A DNA stretch of 64,000 bases, taken from Eledone cirrhosa (Eukaryota). Under the pieces are notes generated by a model. That model saw nothing but the letters and a program-made list of their open reading frames with translations, was not told the origin of the DNA and ran no database searches. The DNA lies in NCBI GenBank assembly GCA_964016885.1, contig OZ024754.1:19158001-19222000 (forward strand). The letters are read 5' to 3'. Positions 1-14,445 of the stretch are shown here, in pieces. Position 1 is the first letter of the stretch. Every line of letters begins with the position of its first letter. Made by a program: the position numbers and the translations under genes.

Positions 1-118
1 TATATATATATATATATATATAAGCAAGCAAATTATAAACGTGAACATATAAGTATGTTTTTGAAACGGTCCGCAAGTTTCAAATTAGAAATTAGAAAAT
101 ATATGCTTTCACCGTATT

Positions 119-271
119 TTAGACTAAAGAAATTTCTAGCCTGATAGTGGGGTTTATAACCCTCGGAGAAATGGAAATAGATGAGTGTTGCCGTACATGT
201 ATGGCAACACTCATATTTTTCCATTTCTCTGAGGGTTATAAACCCCACTATCAGGCTAGAAATTTCTTTAG

Positions 272-277
<6 letters not shown>
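119..277. repeat. Near-perfect palindrome (~79-bp arms) between (TA)n tracts
   Basis: ttagactaaagaaatttctagcc... is mirrored by ...ggctagaaatttctttagtctaa; centre gccgtacatgtatggc at ~198. Confidence 0.9.
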
Positions 278-322
<45 letters not shown>

Positions 323-600
323 GTTCAAGAGTAACCAATCTTAAAGAGACGGATGGAGATAGAAGAGAAGAGAGATTGGTGAATTAGTTAGAAGCCAAAA
401 GCGTAAAGGCATGTGCTCAATGTGCAATATGCAGTGGAAGGCAGCTAGGTGGCTGGGTTCATGCAGAGGTTAGGTACACTGAGCTGGAAATATTTATTAG
501 TTAAGCAAAACAATACCACAAATTTCACAAGGAAGACATTATTTAAAGATTGTCAACATAGTTGTAGTCTAATGTAAAGAATGTAAATAATAATAATAAT

Positions 601-786
601 AATTGTTTCTACTTTTGGCACAAGGCCAGCAATTACCCAGTGTATTACTGGTACTTTATTTTATCAACCCCATAAGGATGAAAGGCAAAGTTAACCTCGG
701 CGGGATTTGAACTCAGAATGGCAAGGGCCGTAACTCTATACGTCAACGCATGGCGTCCGACCCTCTACCGATACTGCCAATCCACA
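601..786 (-). mobile_element. tRNA-derived SINE, family 1
   Basis: A box tggcagtatcgg, B box gagttcaaatccc, central gcctttcatccttatggggttgataaaat; many copies in the window. Confidence 0.85.
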
Positions 787-852
787 AATAATACTAATAA
801 TGTCCGTTTACAATTGTTTCGCTACTCCATATAATGTTTCTGGATCAAATGA

Positions 853-987
853 TTACGTCCCTTTACGATCTGAGTTCAAATCCCGCCGAGGTTGACTTTG
901 CCTTTCATCCTTACGGGGTCGATAAAATAAAGTACCAGTAATGCACTGGGTATTTGCTGGCCTTGTTCCTAAAGTAGAAAAAATTAT
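853..987 (+). mobile_element. SINE family 1, 5'-truncated, inserted in stem II of the PLE hammerhead-like motif
   Basis: Matches other family 1 copies; absent from the inverted arm at 2976-3030. Confidence 0.8.
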
Positions 988-3179
988 TGATCTGGTTCAG
1001 ATGAAGATTTTACTTAGGTAAAAATGGAGCAGTTCATCGGAACTTCAAAAGGAATATAAATTAAGGTAAATAAAGATGGTTACATGAATGTAATGTTCCA
1101 TATATTGGTATTTCACTATGGTCTGCCATAGGCGAGCAATATTCTTCTCTCGAGGCTGCATTATGCGAGATCTGCCTATGGGTAACAAGATGGTTGCCAA
1201 AGGACATATTTACCTTACTAATTAGAGGCTGGTTTCAGGGGAAGTAACTCCTCGAGAAATTAGAAATTGTAGGTGGTTTATAGTTAAGAAGTGCTAATGA
1301 GTTTATGTGAGAGACAATGTAAGGGAGGTAACTTATAATTATCTAAGTTAGCTGTAACTATTTAACATGTTAGCTATAAGTAAAAGTGGGATTATATGAC
1401 TATGTTGGGTCAAATATTCTGTTGGCGAAGGAATTAGCCCTTCAATGTTGACAGCTAGTAGTTACCTCCGTTATATCATTAATCGGTAGAGGTCGTGATA
1501 GAATTATGTAATAGGCTTCGGTAAGACAGAGACCACAAGAGTTTCTTCGTCCATTGAACGGTTGGGCTCTAGCCAAGATATCCCATGTTAGTGAGTGTTC
1601 AATATTGGTTAATTTAAGGTTTTTAATGAGCCTAGCTAGAGATGTTGAACATCTATTGCTAGGGTCTCGGAAGGAAAATGAGTGCGCGTTATAGCGTACC
1701 TTAAAAGGGTTAGAGGTAGAGCCAATATAGGAGCTGGTATGCGATGCAGTTTTAACTGTGCACCTATAAACTAGATTGGGTGTAAGGCATTGTCCCTTTA
1801 GTGGGCATGCATTAGGGTAACGGCAGTTGCAGTTACTGCTGCGGTTACTGAGGGTAGGGTTGATTAAACTCTGTGGTTGGTGCGTGCTAGAAGGATTAGG
1901 TGGGGAAGTATGCTACTAGAGTAAGTATTGGTGTAGTGGCGTGGTGTATTTGAGGGGGTGGTGGTACCGCGGTGTGGGAGTTATACTGTCTTAGTTTATG
2001 ATGGTTACTGAATGTGATGTGGCTATCTAGGTTAGGTGTTGTGGAGAATGAGATTTTAATGTTGTTTTTATTAAAGAGTTTGTAATATCTATGGTGGGGG
2101 GGGGGGGATGTTAGATAGGATAGAGAAGAAGCGTTTAAGGATATTAGTGGCTAAGTTAGATGAGAATGGGGGGTTAAACCAGGTGATATTTCTAGGCCTA
2201 TTCCTTCTAGGGGTTCTAGTGTTGATTTTGAGTCTGCTACTGGGAGTGGGAAGTAAGCCTCTGCCACCATTAAGGTTCCCTGTATAGGTGCTGTTACTGC
2301 AAAAATTCCGGAGTATCTGGCTATATGCTAAAGTATTTCTAGTTCTAGTGTTAAGTTTATTATGGTTGTGGTGAAGTTCTGTGTTATGGCATTTAGGTAT
2401 GTAGTAAATAGACTGTTCATAACCAGATTCAGAAAGAGCCTTATTATAATATGCCGCATGGTTTATAAATATCTCCTCATTTGCGGATAGCATGGAGATC
2501 CTATACGAGATAGATTTGATGACTGCTCTGATGACTGCCGGTGGATGGTTAGAGTGTGGGCTAATATATGTAAGTATTTCACCTGGTTTATGATAAGGGT
2601 AATATAAGTTATTGTTAAGATCTAGGGTAACGTCCAGGAAGTTTACTACTTTATGGTTCGGCTCGATGGTGATAGAGAGACCGTTATTTTTAAAAATATA
2701 TGTAATTGTTTTTTTAGCAAGTCAATGCCTCGATTAGTGCAATTGAGGACTGCAAATAGGGCGTCGTCCCTATATATTCCGCCTTGCAAGGGTTGGATTT
2801 CAGCTCTGATGTTTTATAATAGGTAGATTCCAAATAAATCGGTGATTTGCGCAGAGTCGCTTGAGTCCATAGTGATGTCGAAGTTGTCTGTTCTGTCCTT
2901 TCTAGTCGAGAAAGAACCGTTGAATTCAATGATGGTCTGCCTAGCCATATATATATTTTTTAAATATTTTTTATTATCTTCATCTGAACCGGATCAATAA
3001 TGATCTATAATCATTGATCCAGAAACATTATATGGAGTAGCGAAACAATTGTAAGCGGACATTATTAGTATTATTATTATTATTCTTTACATTCCTTACA
3101 TTAAATTACAACTATGTTGACAATCTTTAAATAATGTCTTCCTTGTGAAATTTGTGGTATTGTTTTGCTTAACTAATGA

Positions 3180-3317
<138 letters not shown>

Positions 3318-3387
3318 AAAAAAGATGAAATCGAAAATGCAACTGGATATATTTTCACTAGCTCTAACAGTTTGGCAGGTGAACAGT

Positions 3388-3437
3388 GAGCTGTACTGAT
3401 GAAGGGTCATACCCAGAAACATTAGCGTCTGCAGTTC
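3388..3437 (+). ncRNA. Type I hammerhead ribozyme, canonical core
   Basis: gagctgta-CTGATGA-agggtcataccca-GAAA-cattagc-GTC^-tgcagttc; 8-bp stem I including G-U pairs. Confidence 0.85.
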
Positions 3438-3580
3438 TGTTTCCATGCCAACACAAGAGCAAGAATGAAGTGTTTATTCTACTGACATGGCAATAAAATT
3501 GAGGCTTGTTTGCATAATTGCAAACGAATCGAATGTTATTATTAATATTCGAAAAACTCAGATTACATTTATTATATATA

Positions 3581-4249
3581 CTAGTAGAAAAATCACCCTC
3601 GGGTGGATTTCTCCTAGCATGTGTCGTGTGCATATTGATATTATACGCAAGTATATACATCAAATAAAATCGTAATTGACAATATATAATACATAGAAAT
3701 TGAACGAAGACTGTGTTACACTGTCTTATGTAATCAGTAACGTAATCCATGATACATTAAACAAAGATGATATTATATATAAACTGCATTAAGAGAAAAT
3801 TAGTGACAGAAAATTTGTATGTTTATTTAAGCGATGGCTAACCGGAAGTGTTGACATTTCAGAAATCTTATAGTAGTGAATCTTTAAATAAACAAAATAT
3901 ATTTAATCAACAGCCACGAAATTTAGTAGATAAATTATGTAATATTCATTCATTATTTATTCAAAGGGTGGTGGATTGGCAGTATCGGTAGAGGGTCGGA
4001 CGCCATGCTTTGAAGCATAGAGTTACGTCCCTTTATGATCTGAGTTCAAATCCCGCCGAGGTTGACTTTGCCTTTCATCCTTACGGGGTCGATAAAATAA
4101 AGTACCAGTAATGCACTAGGTAATTGCTGGCCTTGTGCCTAAAGTAGAAACAATTATTTATTCAAAGTAATCCAACTTATTTTACTAATGGAATAAAAAG
4201 TTATAAACCGTACGCAGTCCCGCGCTTCTTACTTTATTATAGTTTAGAT
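3581..4249 (-). mobile_element. Non-autonomous Helitron-like element
   Basis: Minus strand starts TCtaaactataataaa and ends with hairpin aatccacccgagggtgatt followed by CTAG|T. Confidence 0.55.
3967..4152 (+). mobile_element. SINE family 1, full length, with 15-bp TSD
   Basis: attatttattcaaag at 3952-3966 and 4153-4167. Confidence 0.9.
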
Positions 4250-4354
4250 ATGGATATATATATATGGATATATATATATATATATATATATATATGGATA
4301 TATATATATATATATATCGATGTATATATATATATATATATATATATGGATGGG

Positions 4355-4425
<71 letters not shown>

Positions 4426-4430
4426 GGATG

Positions 4431-4467
<37 letters not shown>

Positions 4468-4534
4468 ATTGGTATATATATATATATATATACAATATAT
4501 TAACAAATGGAAACTATATTTATAAAACCATATT

Positions 4535-4599
4535 TATTTTATTATACTTATTTCAAGGATACCAAAGCAAATTATGGTGCGCTTTCATCAGATAAAATA
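4535..4599 (-). ncRNA. Type I hammerhead ribozyme (left arm)
   Basis: tattttat-CTGATGA-stem II-GAAA-taagta-TA^-ataaaata. Confidence 0.75.
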
Positions 4600-4927
4600 T
4601 AATATAGATCAGTTTTATAAACAAATATTGACATACCCATAAAGAATGCGACCATGTCGGTTGGAAGCTCCCGGATAGTGGGGTTACTAATTTTATTATT
4701 GGTCTATTATTCAAATTAGTGTCGGAGAGGTTTAAATCCCAGTACATTTAAATTAAGCTATTCCAACGGCTTAATTTAAATGTACTGGGATTTAAACCTC
4801 TCCGACACTAATTTGAATAATAGACCAATAATAAAATTAGTAACCCCACTATCCGGGAGCTTCCAACCGACATGGTCGCATTCTTTATGGGTATGTCAAT
4901 ATTTGTTTATAAAACTGATCTATATTA

Positions 4928-4992
4928 TATTTTATCTGATGAAAGCGCACCATATTTTGCTTTGGTGTCCTTGAAATATGTATAATCAAATA
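4928..4992 (+). ncRNA. Type I hammerhead ribozyme (right arm)
   Basis: tattttat-CTGATGA-aagcgcacca..tggtgtcctt-GAAA-tatgta-TA^-atcaaata. Confidence 0.72.
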
Positions 4993-5139
4993 TATATGGT
5001 TTTATAAATATAGTTTCCATTTGTATTTTTACTCCAATAATTTGTTGAGTGCTTTATATCAGTTATAAAAATATTTGCTTGTTGTATCCCAACAAATTAA
5101 ATATAGCTTCTACACATATATATATATATATATATATAC

Positions 5140-5255
<116 letters not shown>

Positions 5256-5593
5256 TGGATTTATATATATATATTTATATATCGAATGTAGGAAAGTAAA
5301 ACACGAGTTAATATATATAAAAATAAATAGTAGAAAGGAAAAAGGTTTTTTCAGTGGAAATTATCGATTTCTTTTAACTTCAAAGTACGCAAGAAATCAA
5401 ATGGGCATGAGAGCCACACGCGTGTCAAGTTTCATCAAGATCGGTTTGGTACTTTTCTAGTTTTAGGTTCACAAACAAATCCACAAACAAACAAACACAC
5501 AATCAGACAGAAATTGTCATTTAGGTATGGAAGATCCCACTAAGGATGAAAACAACGATTCTTTGCTTAAACTTTAATCTGTTATTTTAATAT

Positions 5594-5863
<270 letters not shown>

Positions 5864-5954
5864 CGAAGGAAATGTGGTAAGGAACCAGATGGACCATAAC
5901 GCACCAAAGAACTCAATACTTAGAGTAGTAGAGTGGGTAATAGGAACGAGTAGG

Positions 5955-6050
5955 ACCCCGACGGCTGAGCTGAAGCCGTTTCGACGGCTAATTCTGGACT
6001 AAATGAACATTTTTATCCTGTTAAATGAATAGCCGAACTTCTCAGTGGGT
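5955..6050 (-). ncRNA. Degenerate hammerhead with long stems II/III in a repeated element end (copies at 5862, 14139, 14274, 20727, 56247, 61761)
   Basis: accca-CTGAGAA-gttcggcta..tagccgtc-GAAA-cggc..gcc-GTC^-ggggt; core has G8>A. Confidence 0.55.
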
Positions 6051-6576
6051 AATTCCATATATGGTAAAAGTGATTGTCACAAGGATTGGTCAAAAGTTTG
6101 TTGTTGAGACACAAGATTCTATCATGGCATTTTGTGGAAGGTAGGGGTAGCTGAACTTGCCAGTAGAAGAAAGAGGGAGAGGGAGTGGAGGAAACCCAGT
6201 CGAGTGTTGAAAGTGACAATTACAGCAGATTCAAAGGGTAGGAGGTTGAAAAAAGTATACTAGTGAAGGGAGGAGGGAGGAAATCGAAACAATAAGTAAA
6301 TCTATATGGAGTAAATATATAGAAAAATATAAAAAATATTTAAAATATTAAAAAAAACACAATTTCTGGTTACTATTCCCCTTCCACAATCATCAAATCT
6401 CTCACTGGTACTGCTAAGCTATAAAAAAGTTTAACAGGTGGGACGAAATACTAAATACGAGATTGTAGTGAAATAATTTTATGAGTTAGTAGTAATCGGC
6501 CAAATCTATCTTACAATGACAGGTCAACAAGTATCCATATATATATATATATATGGATATATATGGATATATATCC

Positions 6577-6607
<31 letters not shown>

Positions 6608-7145
6608 TCGATATTTATTTCGTCTGACCTGTTTAGCTTGTTTTTTGGCTTAGGTGGTTAATGGCTTCTTGACCGCCTTCTCAGTTTGTATGGCGTTAAT
6701 AACCTATGTTTATTGCTCTGGTCTTTTTAGCCCATGGAGCGCTTGCCAGCATGACTCGGAATTTGCGTTACGTTTCGCTTTTTCTACCCGCCGAAATGCG
6801 ATTCTCGCTGAATTTATATTTGTATTAATCTCCCGAGTCTTACAATTAACCTGTTAATAATTCTATTGACAGATTAATTGCATAAGTTTATTTTTAAAAC
6901 TACCTGGTCGAGAGCTTATTCGATTTGTGCTATTTATGCAAATTTTTGCATGTATTTACACATACTGAATTCATTTGCCAAAATCTGGGGTATTTCCCCT
7001 GTGAGTTACACATGTGCTTTTACAAAACACAGTGTCATCCACAACACTGGCAGAGGTAGAAGCTGCTAAATTGTTGGTCGCCGTCCTGTCTCTGATTTTC
7101 AGCCCCATGGGTTTTTATCTGTTATATTCCTTCGTTATATTTTGA

Positions 7146-7207
7146 ATTACCTGATGATGTCACCGGATTCATACTGAACCCGGTTATTGAAATGATCATA
7201 GTATAAT
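7146..7207 (+). ncRNA. Type I hammerhead ribozyme near the 3' end of a non-coding repeat (paralog at 59278-59480, minus strand)
   Basis: CTGATGA-tgtcaccgg..ccggttatt-GAAA-tgatca-TA^; palindromic stem III atgatcat. Confidence 0.7.
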
Positions 7208-7248
7208 AAACCTTTCAAGGATTTACACCAGTCCAGCCTCCTGTTACT

Positions 7249-7320
<72 letters not shown>

Positions 7321-7321
7321 T

Positions 7322-9222
7322 AAATGGCAATTTCTGTCAGTTACAGTTATACTCTGGTGTATGGAGTTAGCTATCAGTTGGATGATCTCCATTGTGTTAT
7401 ATTCTAATTTATGTTTATTGGTACTCTCTTGTGGGGGTGTTCTTATAACTATAATATTAATATCATCTACGAGGTCTATGGAGTTCTCTTCTTGGAGTTC
7501 TCTTCTAGGAGTTCTCTGAGTCTCCTCTCCCACCATACCATAAATAGATTGGCAAATCGCCAGCTATGTTGACGGCAATGGATGCTCCCTCGTTCTGGGT
7601 GTAGATCTTTTCGTTAAATTTAAACATATGGTAGTTTTAATACTAGGGTAGTTTTAATTTAGGGTAGTTTTAATACTAGCCCCTATTGCACAATGGAGAG
7701 CATCCAGCTGATAGCTAACTCCATACACCAGAGTGTAACTGTAACTGTTGACTACTCTTCCAAGCACCCTAACAATAGACTACCAGTATTAGACACGGAA
7801 CTCTGGATTAACACTATAGACGAGAGGGCCCAAATTCTCCACTCACACTATGCTAAATCAATGGCCTCCAAATACCTGATACGCAAAAACTCAACAATGT
7901 CCAATAGTGCTAAGTTTAATATTCTGAACACAGACTTGGTATAAGTGATGAAGAACGTGTCCCGCATGTGCGACTCAACTGAAATGGAAAGACACATCCA
8001 ACACCTCATCAATCGCATGCAGTTCTCTGGCTACAACCAAAGAGACAGAATCAGAGTATACAAAGGAGCCACGGAGAAATATAAGACACTCATAGAACTG
8101 GACGTGAAACGAATTTGCCCATTATACAGGAGCAAATCATGGAATAGCTTAGATAGGACTAAACATAAGATAGGGAAAGCCACTTCATGGTACGACAACC
8201 AAAGATACCAGAGTGTCATGTTCGTGGATGCTACCCCTGGAAGGAACTTAGCTAACCAATATAGAAAGGCACTAAGAAAGACCCATTTAAAGATTAAGGT
8301 GGTAGAAAAACCAGGAACTACCATAAAATACCTGATCAGCAAGACATACCCCTTGAAGAAAACCCAGTGTACTAATAGGAAATGTGTTATATGTAAAATA
8401 AACCCCCAGATAAACTGTAAAACTAGAAATGTAGTCTATAGCATAAGATGTACAGAGGGCACTTGCAGAAACATGACAACAACATACATAGGTGAGACAG
8501 CTGGGAGCATAGGAGAAAGAATAGATCAACACTGGGGGGAACTAAAAGGACAAATAAAAAAACGGTTCAGTACTATATGAACACGCCAGACAAAGACATG
8601 ACGGTAATATAGACAACATAGAAATTAAAATAATATCCAAGCATAGAAATTACTCTACAGGTAGGCAAATCAGAGAAGCAACTGAGATACAAATAAGACG
8701 ACCGAAGTTAAACAGAAAAAACGAATGGAATAACAACAACAACCATACCCAAACAAACAATACTGTCTTAAGGGAAATATGAATAAATATATACACAAGT
8801 ACAATAACAACAAACACATATAAACACACACTAGTGAACAAAGATAGAATACAAAAACAAAAACACATACACTCAAACGCGAACACACACACCAAACACT
8901 ATACACACGCAAACGCATGCGCAGAGAAAAGAATAAATAAATAAATAAATAAAAATAAAAATGGCGTAGACATACAATACAACAGGAGGAAACATAATAG
9001 TACCACTGTTGATGTTGCAGATGTGCAACGAAAGAACTTTGTTAGACTATATATTTATATCTATATTTTTAACAGCTGGTCAGTCAATGATAAACATTGA
9101 TTGGGAAATAAATTAACTATGGAGATATAAAAGATACAGAAGCAAAAACCAACCAAGCAGTGAGTGTGTTCTGTTATTATTTCTGGCAATATTATTACAA
9201 CAATATGACCCTCCCCATGTAT

Positions 9223-9230
<8 letters not shown>
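7322..9230 (+). mobile_element. Nematis-like PLE, decayed, with inverted 5' RT segment (7322-7620)
   Basis: LPVLDTELW, FVDATPG, C..C..CKTRNVVYSIRC..YIGET. Minus-strand 7322-7620 encodes YTQNEG/VDDINII and overlaps 7689-7748. Degenerate HHR CTGTTGA at 9006. Confidence 0.8.
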
Positions 9231-9311
<81 letters not shown>

Positions 9312-9325
9312 TATATATATATATA

Positions 9326-9367
<42 letters not shown>

Positions 9368-9453
9368 GTAGGAGGTGAGTTTTATTGTAGTACAATAAAG
9401 CAATGCAGATATCGGATAAGAAGCACTCTACAGTTTGTGGGACTGGAGTATGC

Positions 9454-9965
<512 letters not shown>

Positions 9966-10039
9966 GTTTCTGAATTTGTTTAACAAAATGGCGTAGGATA
10001 GAAGAAAGGAAAGGCACAGAAACGAAGAAAGAAATCCCC

Positions 10040-10084
10040 AGTCACTGAAGAGGTCACAGAGTGTGTGACGAAAGAACTATGACT
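10040..10084 (+). ncRNA. Type I hammerhead in a solo Nematis-like 3' end (9965-10242)
   Basis: agtca-CTGAAGA-ggtcaca..tgtgac-GAAA-gaac-TA^-tgact. Confidence 0.8.
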
Positions 10085-10235
10085 ATATATATATAAACAA
10101 CTATCTGGTTGTGGAACCAACCAACCAACCAGAAATTTATAAATTTGTAAATTTATAAATATATATTAAATTAAATTGAAGTGAAAGCAACTGGTGCGTG
10201 TGTTTCTTATTGGCAACATGACCCTCCCAAAGTAT

Positions 10236-10349
<114 letters not shown>

Positions 10350-10386
10350 ATATAAATATATATATATTTATATATATATATATATA

Positions 10387-10496
<110 letters not shown>

Positions 10497-10506
10497 TATA
10501 TATATA

Positions 10507-10560
<54 letters not shown>

Positions 10561-10844
10561 TATATATATATATCTGTGTGTGTGTGTGATTCTACGCGCG
10601 TGTCTAAGCACCGTTCACTGTACATTGGTTATGTTTACACAGTCTACGCATATATTTACTCGCTTATGTACACACACACACACATCTACCAATAAATACA
10701 CACCCATATATATTTACACACGTATGTACACACACACACACACTAAAAACTACACACCCACTCTCCATTAGTGACAAACTGAAGGAAATTTCACAAAGCA
10801 TAAATCAGAACCGAACCTATCGATCTGTTCACAATGTCTATGGC

Positions 10845-11115
10845 ACACACACACACACACACACCTGCACACACACACATGCCTGCACACACACACACAC
10901 CTGCACACACACACATGCCTACACACACACACACACACCTGCACACACACAGACACACGCATGCACATACACTCATACAACACACACACACACACACCTG
11001 CGCACACACATACACACGCATGCACATACACTCACACACACACACACGCCTGCACACACGCACACACGCACGCATGCACATACACACACACACACACATG
11101 CACACACACACATAC

Positions 11116-11149
<34 letters not shown>

Positions 11150-11650
11150 GCACACACACACACACACACACCTGCACACACACACACGCATGCACATACA
11201 CTCACACAACACACACACACACACGCCTGCACACACACACACACACGCATGCACATACACTCACACACACACACGCCTGCACACACGCACACACACACGC
11301 ATGCACATACACTCACACACACACACACATACACACACACACACACACGCATGTACATACACTCACACAGCACACACACACACGCCTGCATACACACACA
11401 CACGCATGCACATACACTCACACAGCACACACACACACAAGCCTGCACACACACACACACACGCATGCACATACACTCACACACACACACACGCCTGCAC
11501 ACACACACACACGCATGCACATACACTCACACAGCACACACACAGGCCTGCACACACACACACACACGCATGCACATACACTCACACACACACACACGTC
11601 TGCACACACACACACGCACACGCATGCACATACACTCACACACACACACT
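10845..11650. repeat. Compound (CA)n minisatellite
   Basis: Recurrent cacacgcatgcacatacactca and cctgcacac units separated by (CA)n. Confidence 0.9.
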
Positions 11651-11950
11651 CATTGACACAGATATACACACAGGTAGACACACGCACGCACACACACACA
11701 CATCTGTTGACACACGTACACAAACGGTCATTGACACGGTTGGCTACATTCAAACACATACATATATGTGTGTGCATGTCTATAATGGTGCGTGTGTGTG
11801 GAATAACGATGTTTGCGTTTGCAGACAAATGAATATAACACGCCGCCGCCGCACACACTCACACATGTTCTGAAACACAACATTTAAGAACACGTATGCG
11901 TTCACTACATGAACAAACTCATTCTCTCTCTCTCTCTCTCGCTCGCTCTC

Positions 11951-12034
<84 letters not shown>

Positions 12035-12037
<3 letters not shown>

Positions 12038-12170
12038 TAGAATGAAACGAAATTTCATTTCTCACTCTTAGTACGGCACTTACTTAAATGTAAGTATGTA
12101 TGTATGTATACGTACGTTTAAGTAAGTGCCGTACTAAGAGTGAGAAATGAAATTTCGTTTCATTCTATTC
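12035..12170. repeat. Palindrome (~55-bp arms) at the start of an HHR-bearing island
   Basis: gaatagaatgaaacgaaatttc..cacttacttaaa / tttaagtaagtg..cattctattc. Confidence 0.85.
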
Positions 12171-12296
12171 CATTTATCGTTTTCGGTGTGCCCGGCCGAC
12201 TGAACTCACTCGATATGCACATTAGGCTGCTCAGCCGTTAATATGCATAAGGAAAGTATAAACTTTCACACGTTCAACCATCTGGCAGGAAGGTGT

Positions 12297-12339
12297 ACGA
12301 TGCTGACGATAGCTAATAAGCTTGAAACTAGTACATCGT
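12297..12339 (+). ncRNA. Minimal type I hammerhead ribozyme
   Basis: acgatg-CTGACGA-tagctaataagctt-GAAA-cta-GTA^-catcgt; stem I extends caggaa/ttcctg. Confidence 0.85.
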
Positions 12340-12797
12340 TCCTGTGTCAGTGTTGAACAAAAAGGTGACGTGGTTGACTAAACACTGTATGGCGCAATTC
12401 GGGCTGTTTGTTTGTTTACAAACAAACAAACCGAGCATTATAATAAATGTTCGGTAAACCGATACGTGCATATATATATATGTGTGTATATATATACATA
12501 CTATTGTACGTCTGTATACATATATGTATGTACGTATACATACATATATATATATAAAGGGGTCGAAACTGGCAAAGTCCACCTCAACGGCCTGTGACCC
12601 AGGAGTTCTGTGTCCTTCATCTGTAATTTTGTTTTAGAAAAATAAATTTCTTAAGGTTTCCTCTGAAAACATTGTTTTTCGTATTCTTTTGTTTCCGTTC
12701 ATTATCTTGTCTTCTCTTTGTTAATTTTCTTAAGTCTACACACACACATACATATATATATATATACATATATATATACATCTATATATATATATAC

Positions 12798-12894
<97 letters not shown>

Positions 12895-13169
12895 AAAGAA
12901 TAGAAGTGTAACACACAAGTTATTATATATTGGTAAACGGAATAGAAAATGCTGACAAATTGTTCACAGTTGAAAAATGGTTTAATTCGGAATAAAAGAG
13001 TATTAGTGATTGTATGGGTTAGTATTCAGTTGTGGTTTTAAGTTTTTAAGTTTTTACCATTTCTAAATGCTTTTCAAAAATAATTTTGAGATAGAGTGTC
13101 CGTGCTGTTTGCTCTGATCTGTATATATATATATATACAGTATATATTGCTCTGTATATATTGCTCTGA

Positions 13170-13213
<44 letters not shown>

Positions 13214-13477
13214 AAAGAATAGAGGTGTAACACACACCTCTCCGTATAAGACAAGAGCTGAAAAATATCTTTTAACATGTTAAAATACCCCCCACTCACT
13301 TACAGAAACATTGCTACTGACCATCCCTCTACCACGAATTACTCTGCTACACACACACACACACACACTTCTCCGTATAAGACAAGAGCTGAAAAATATC
13401 TTTTAACATGTTAAAATATCCCCCACTCACTTACAGACACATTCCTACTGACCATCCCTCTACCACGAATTACTCTG

Positions 13478-13576
<99 letters not shown>

Positions 13577-13918
13577 TCTTAATAGGCATTTGAACTGTCA
13601 ACAGGCTGCGGTTCGCACACACATCCCTGCTAACCATTAGCACAACAACGAACACTTTACTACTACTACTACACACACACACACATATTTGTTGTGAAAG
13701 AGTCATTTCTCATTCTTGGCACAAAATCAATTTTTTACATTCACATGACCTCTACCGACCAATCAAAATTGTTTTGACCACAAGAATTTTTGCAACACGA
13801 ATTGGCGCAAAAACCAATTTTAATCGCGCTAGAGCCACTTTTTTAACATAAAAACAGGTAGAATTCCCAAAACTAATCAGATCAAAGCAAACATCACGGA
13901 CGCCCTATCTCAAAATTA

Positions 13919-13955
13919 TTTTTGAAAAGCATTTAGAAATGCGCAACCGGTAAAA
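13919..13955 (+). ncRNA. Hammerhead-like motif, variant core (U3-A8; GCAA in place of GAAA)
   Basis: ttt-TTGAAAA-gcattt-ag-aaatgc-GCAA-ccgg-TA^-aaa; same core at 61911; family copies at 12890, 21545, 61870. Confidence 0.45.
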
Positions 13956-14063
13956 CTTAAAACCAAAACTGATTACTAACCAATACAATTACTAATTCTC
14001 ATTTATTCCCAATTAAACTATTTTTCACTGTGAACAATTTGTCAGCATTTTCTATTCCGTTTA

Positions 14064-14138
<75 letters not shown>

Positions 14139-14139
<1 letters not shown>

Positions 14140-14402
14140 ACAAAGGCATTGTGGTAAGGAACCAGATGGACCATAACGCACCAGAGTACTCAATACTTAG
14201 GGTTAGTAGAGTGGGAAATAGGTAAAAGTATGACCCCGACGGCAGAGCTCAAGCCGTTTCGACGGCTATTTCTGAAATAGCCGCCGAAACGGCTTGAGCT
14301 CTGCCGTCAAGGTCATACTTTTTCCTATTTCCCACTCTACTACCCTAAGTATTGAGTACTCTGGTGCGTTATCGTCCATCTGGTTCCTTACCACAATTCC
14401 TT

Positions 14403-14408
<6 letters not shown>
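14139..14408. repeat. Fold-back element (135-bp arms, tip at 14273) between (TA)n
   Basis: Centre cggctatttc-t-gaaatagccg; arms differ at ~7 sites. Confidence 0.9.

Positions 14409-14445
<37 letters not shown>

Larger units (their letters stand above)
4503..5112. mobile_element. Fold-back PLE 3'-end derivative (arms 4503-4759 / 4768-5024) flanked by (TA)n
   Basis: Arms are reverse complements (mirror ORFs in the track); 3' tail is homologous to 21295-21490. Confidence 0.85.

Noticed and set aside
3967-4060. tRNA gene
   Set aside because: A/B boxes belong to a SINE head with TSD; no cloverleaf
10834-11873. Long His/Thr- and Cys/Val-rich ORFs
   Set aside because: Translations of the (CA)n minisatellite; the same applies to all YIYI/THTH/SLSL ORFs in the track
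12560-12630. Minus-strand acceptor-like ttacag plus short frame, or CAGATGA hammerhead core
   Set aside because: No good donor site and no GAAA/stem III
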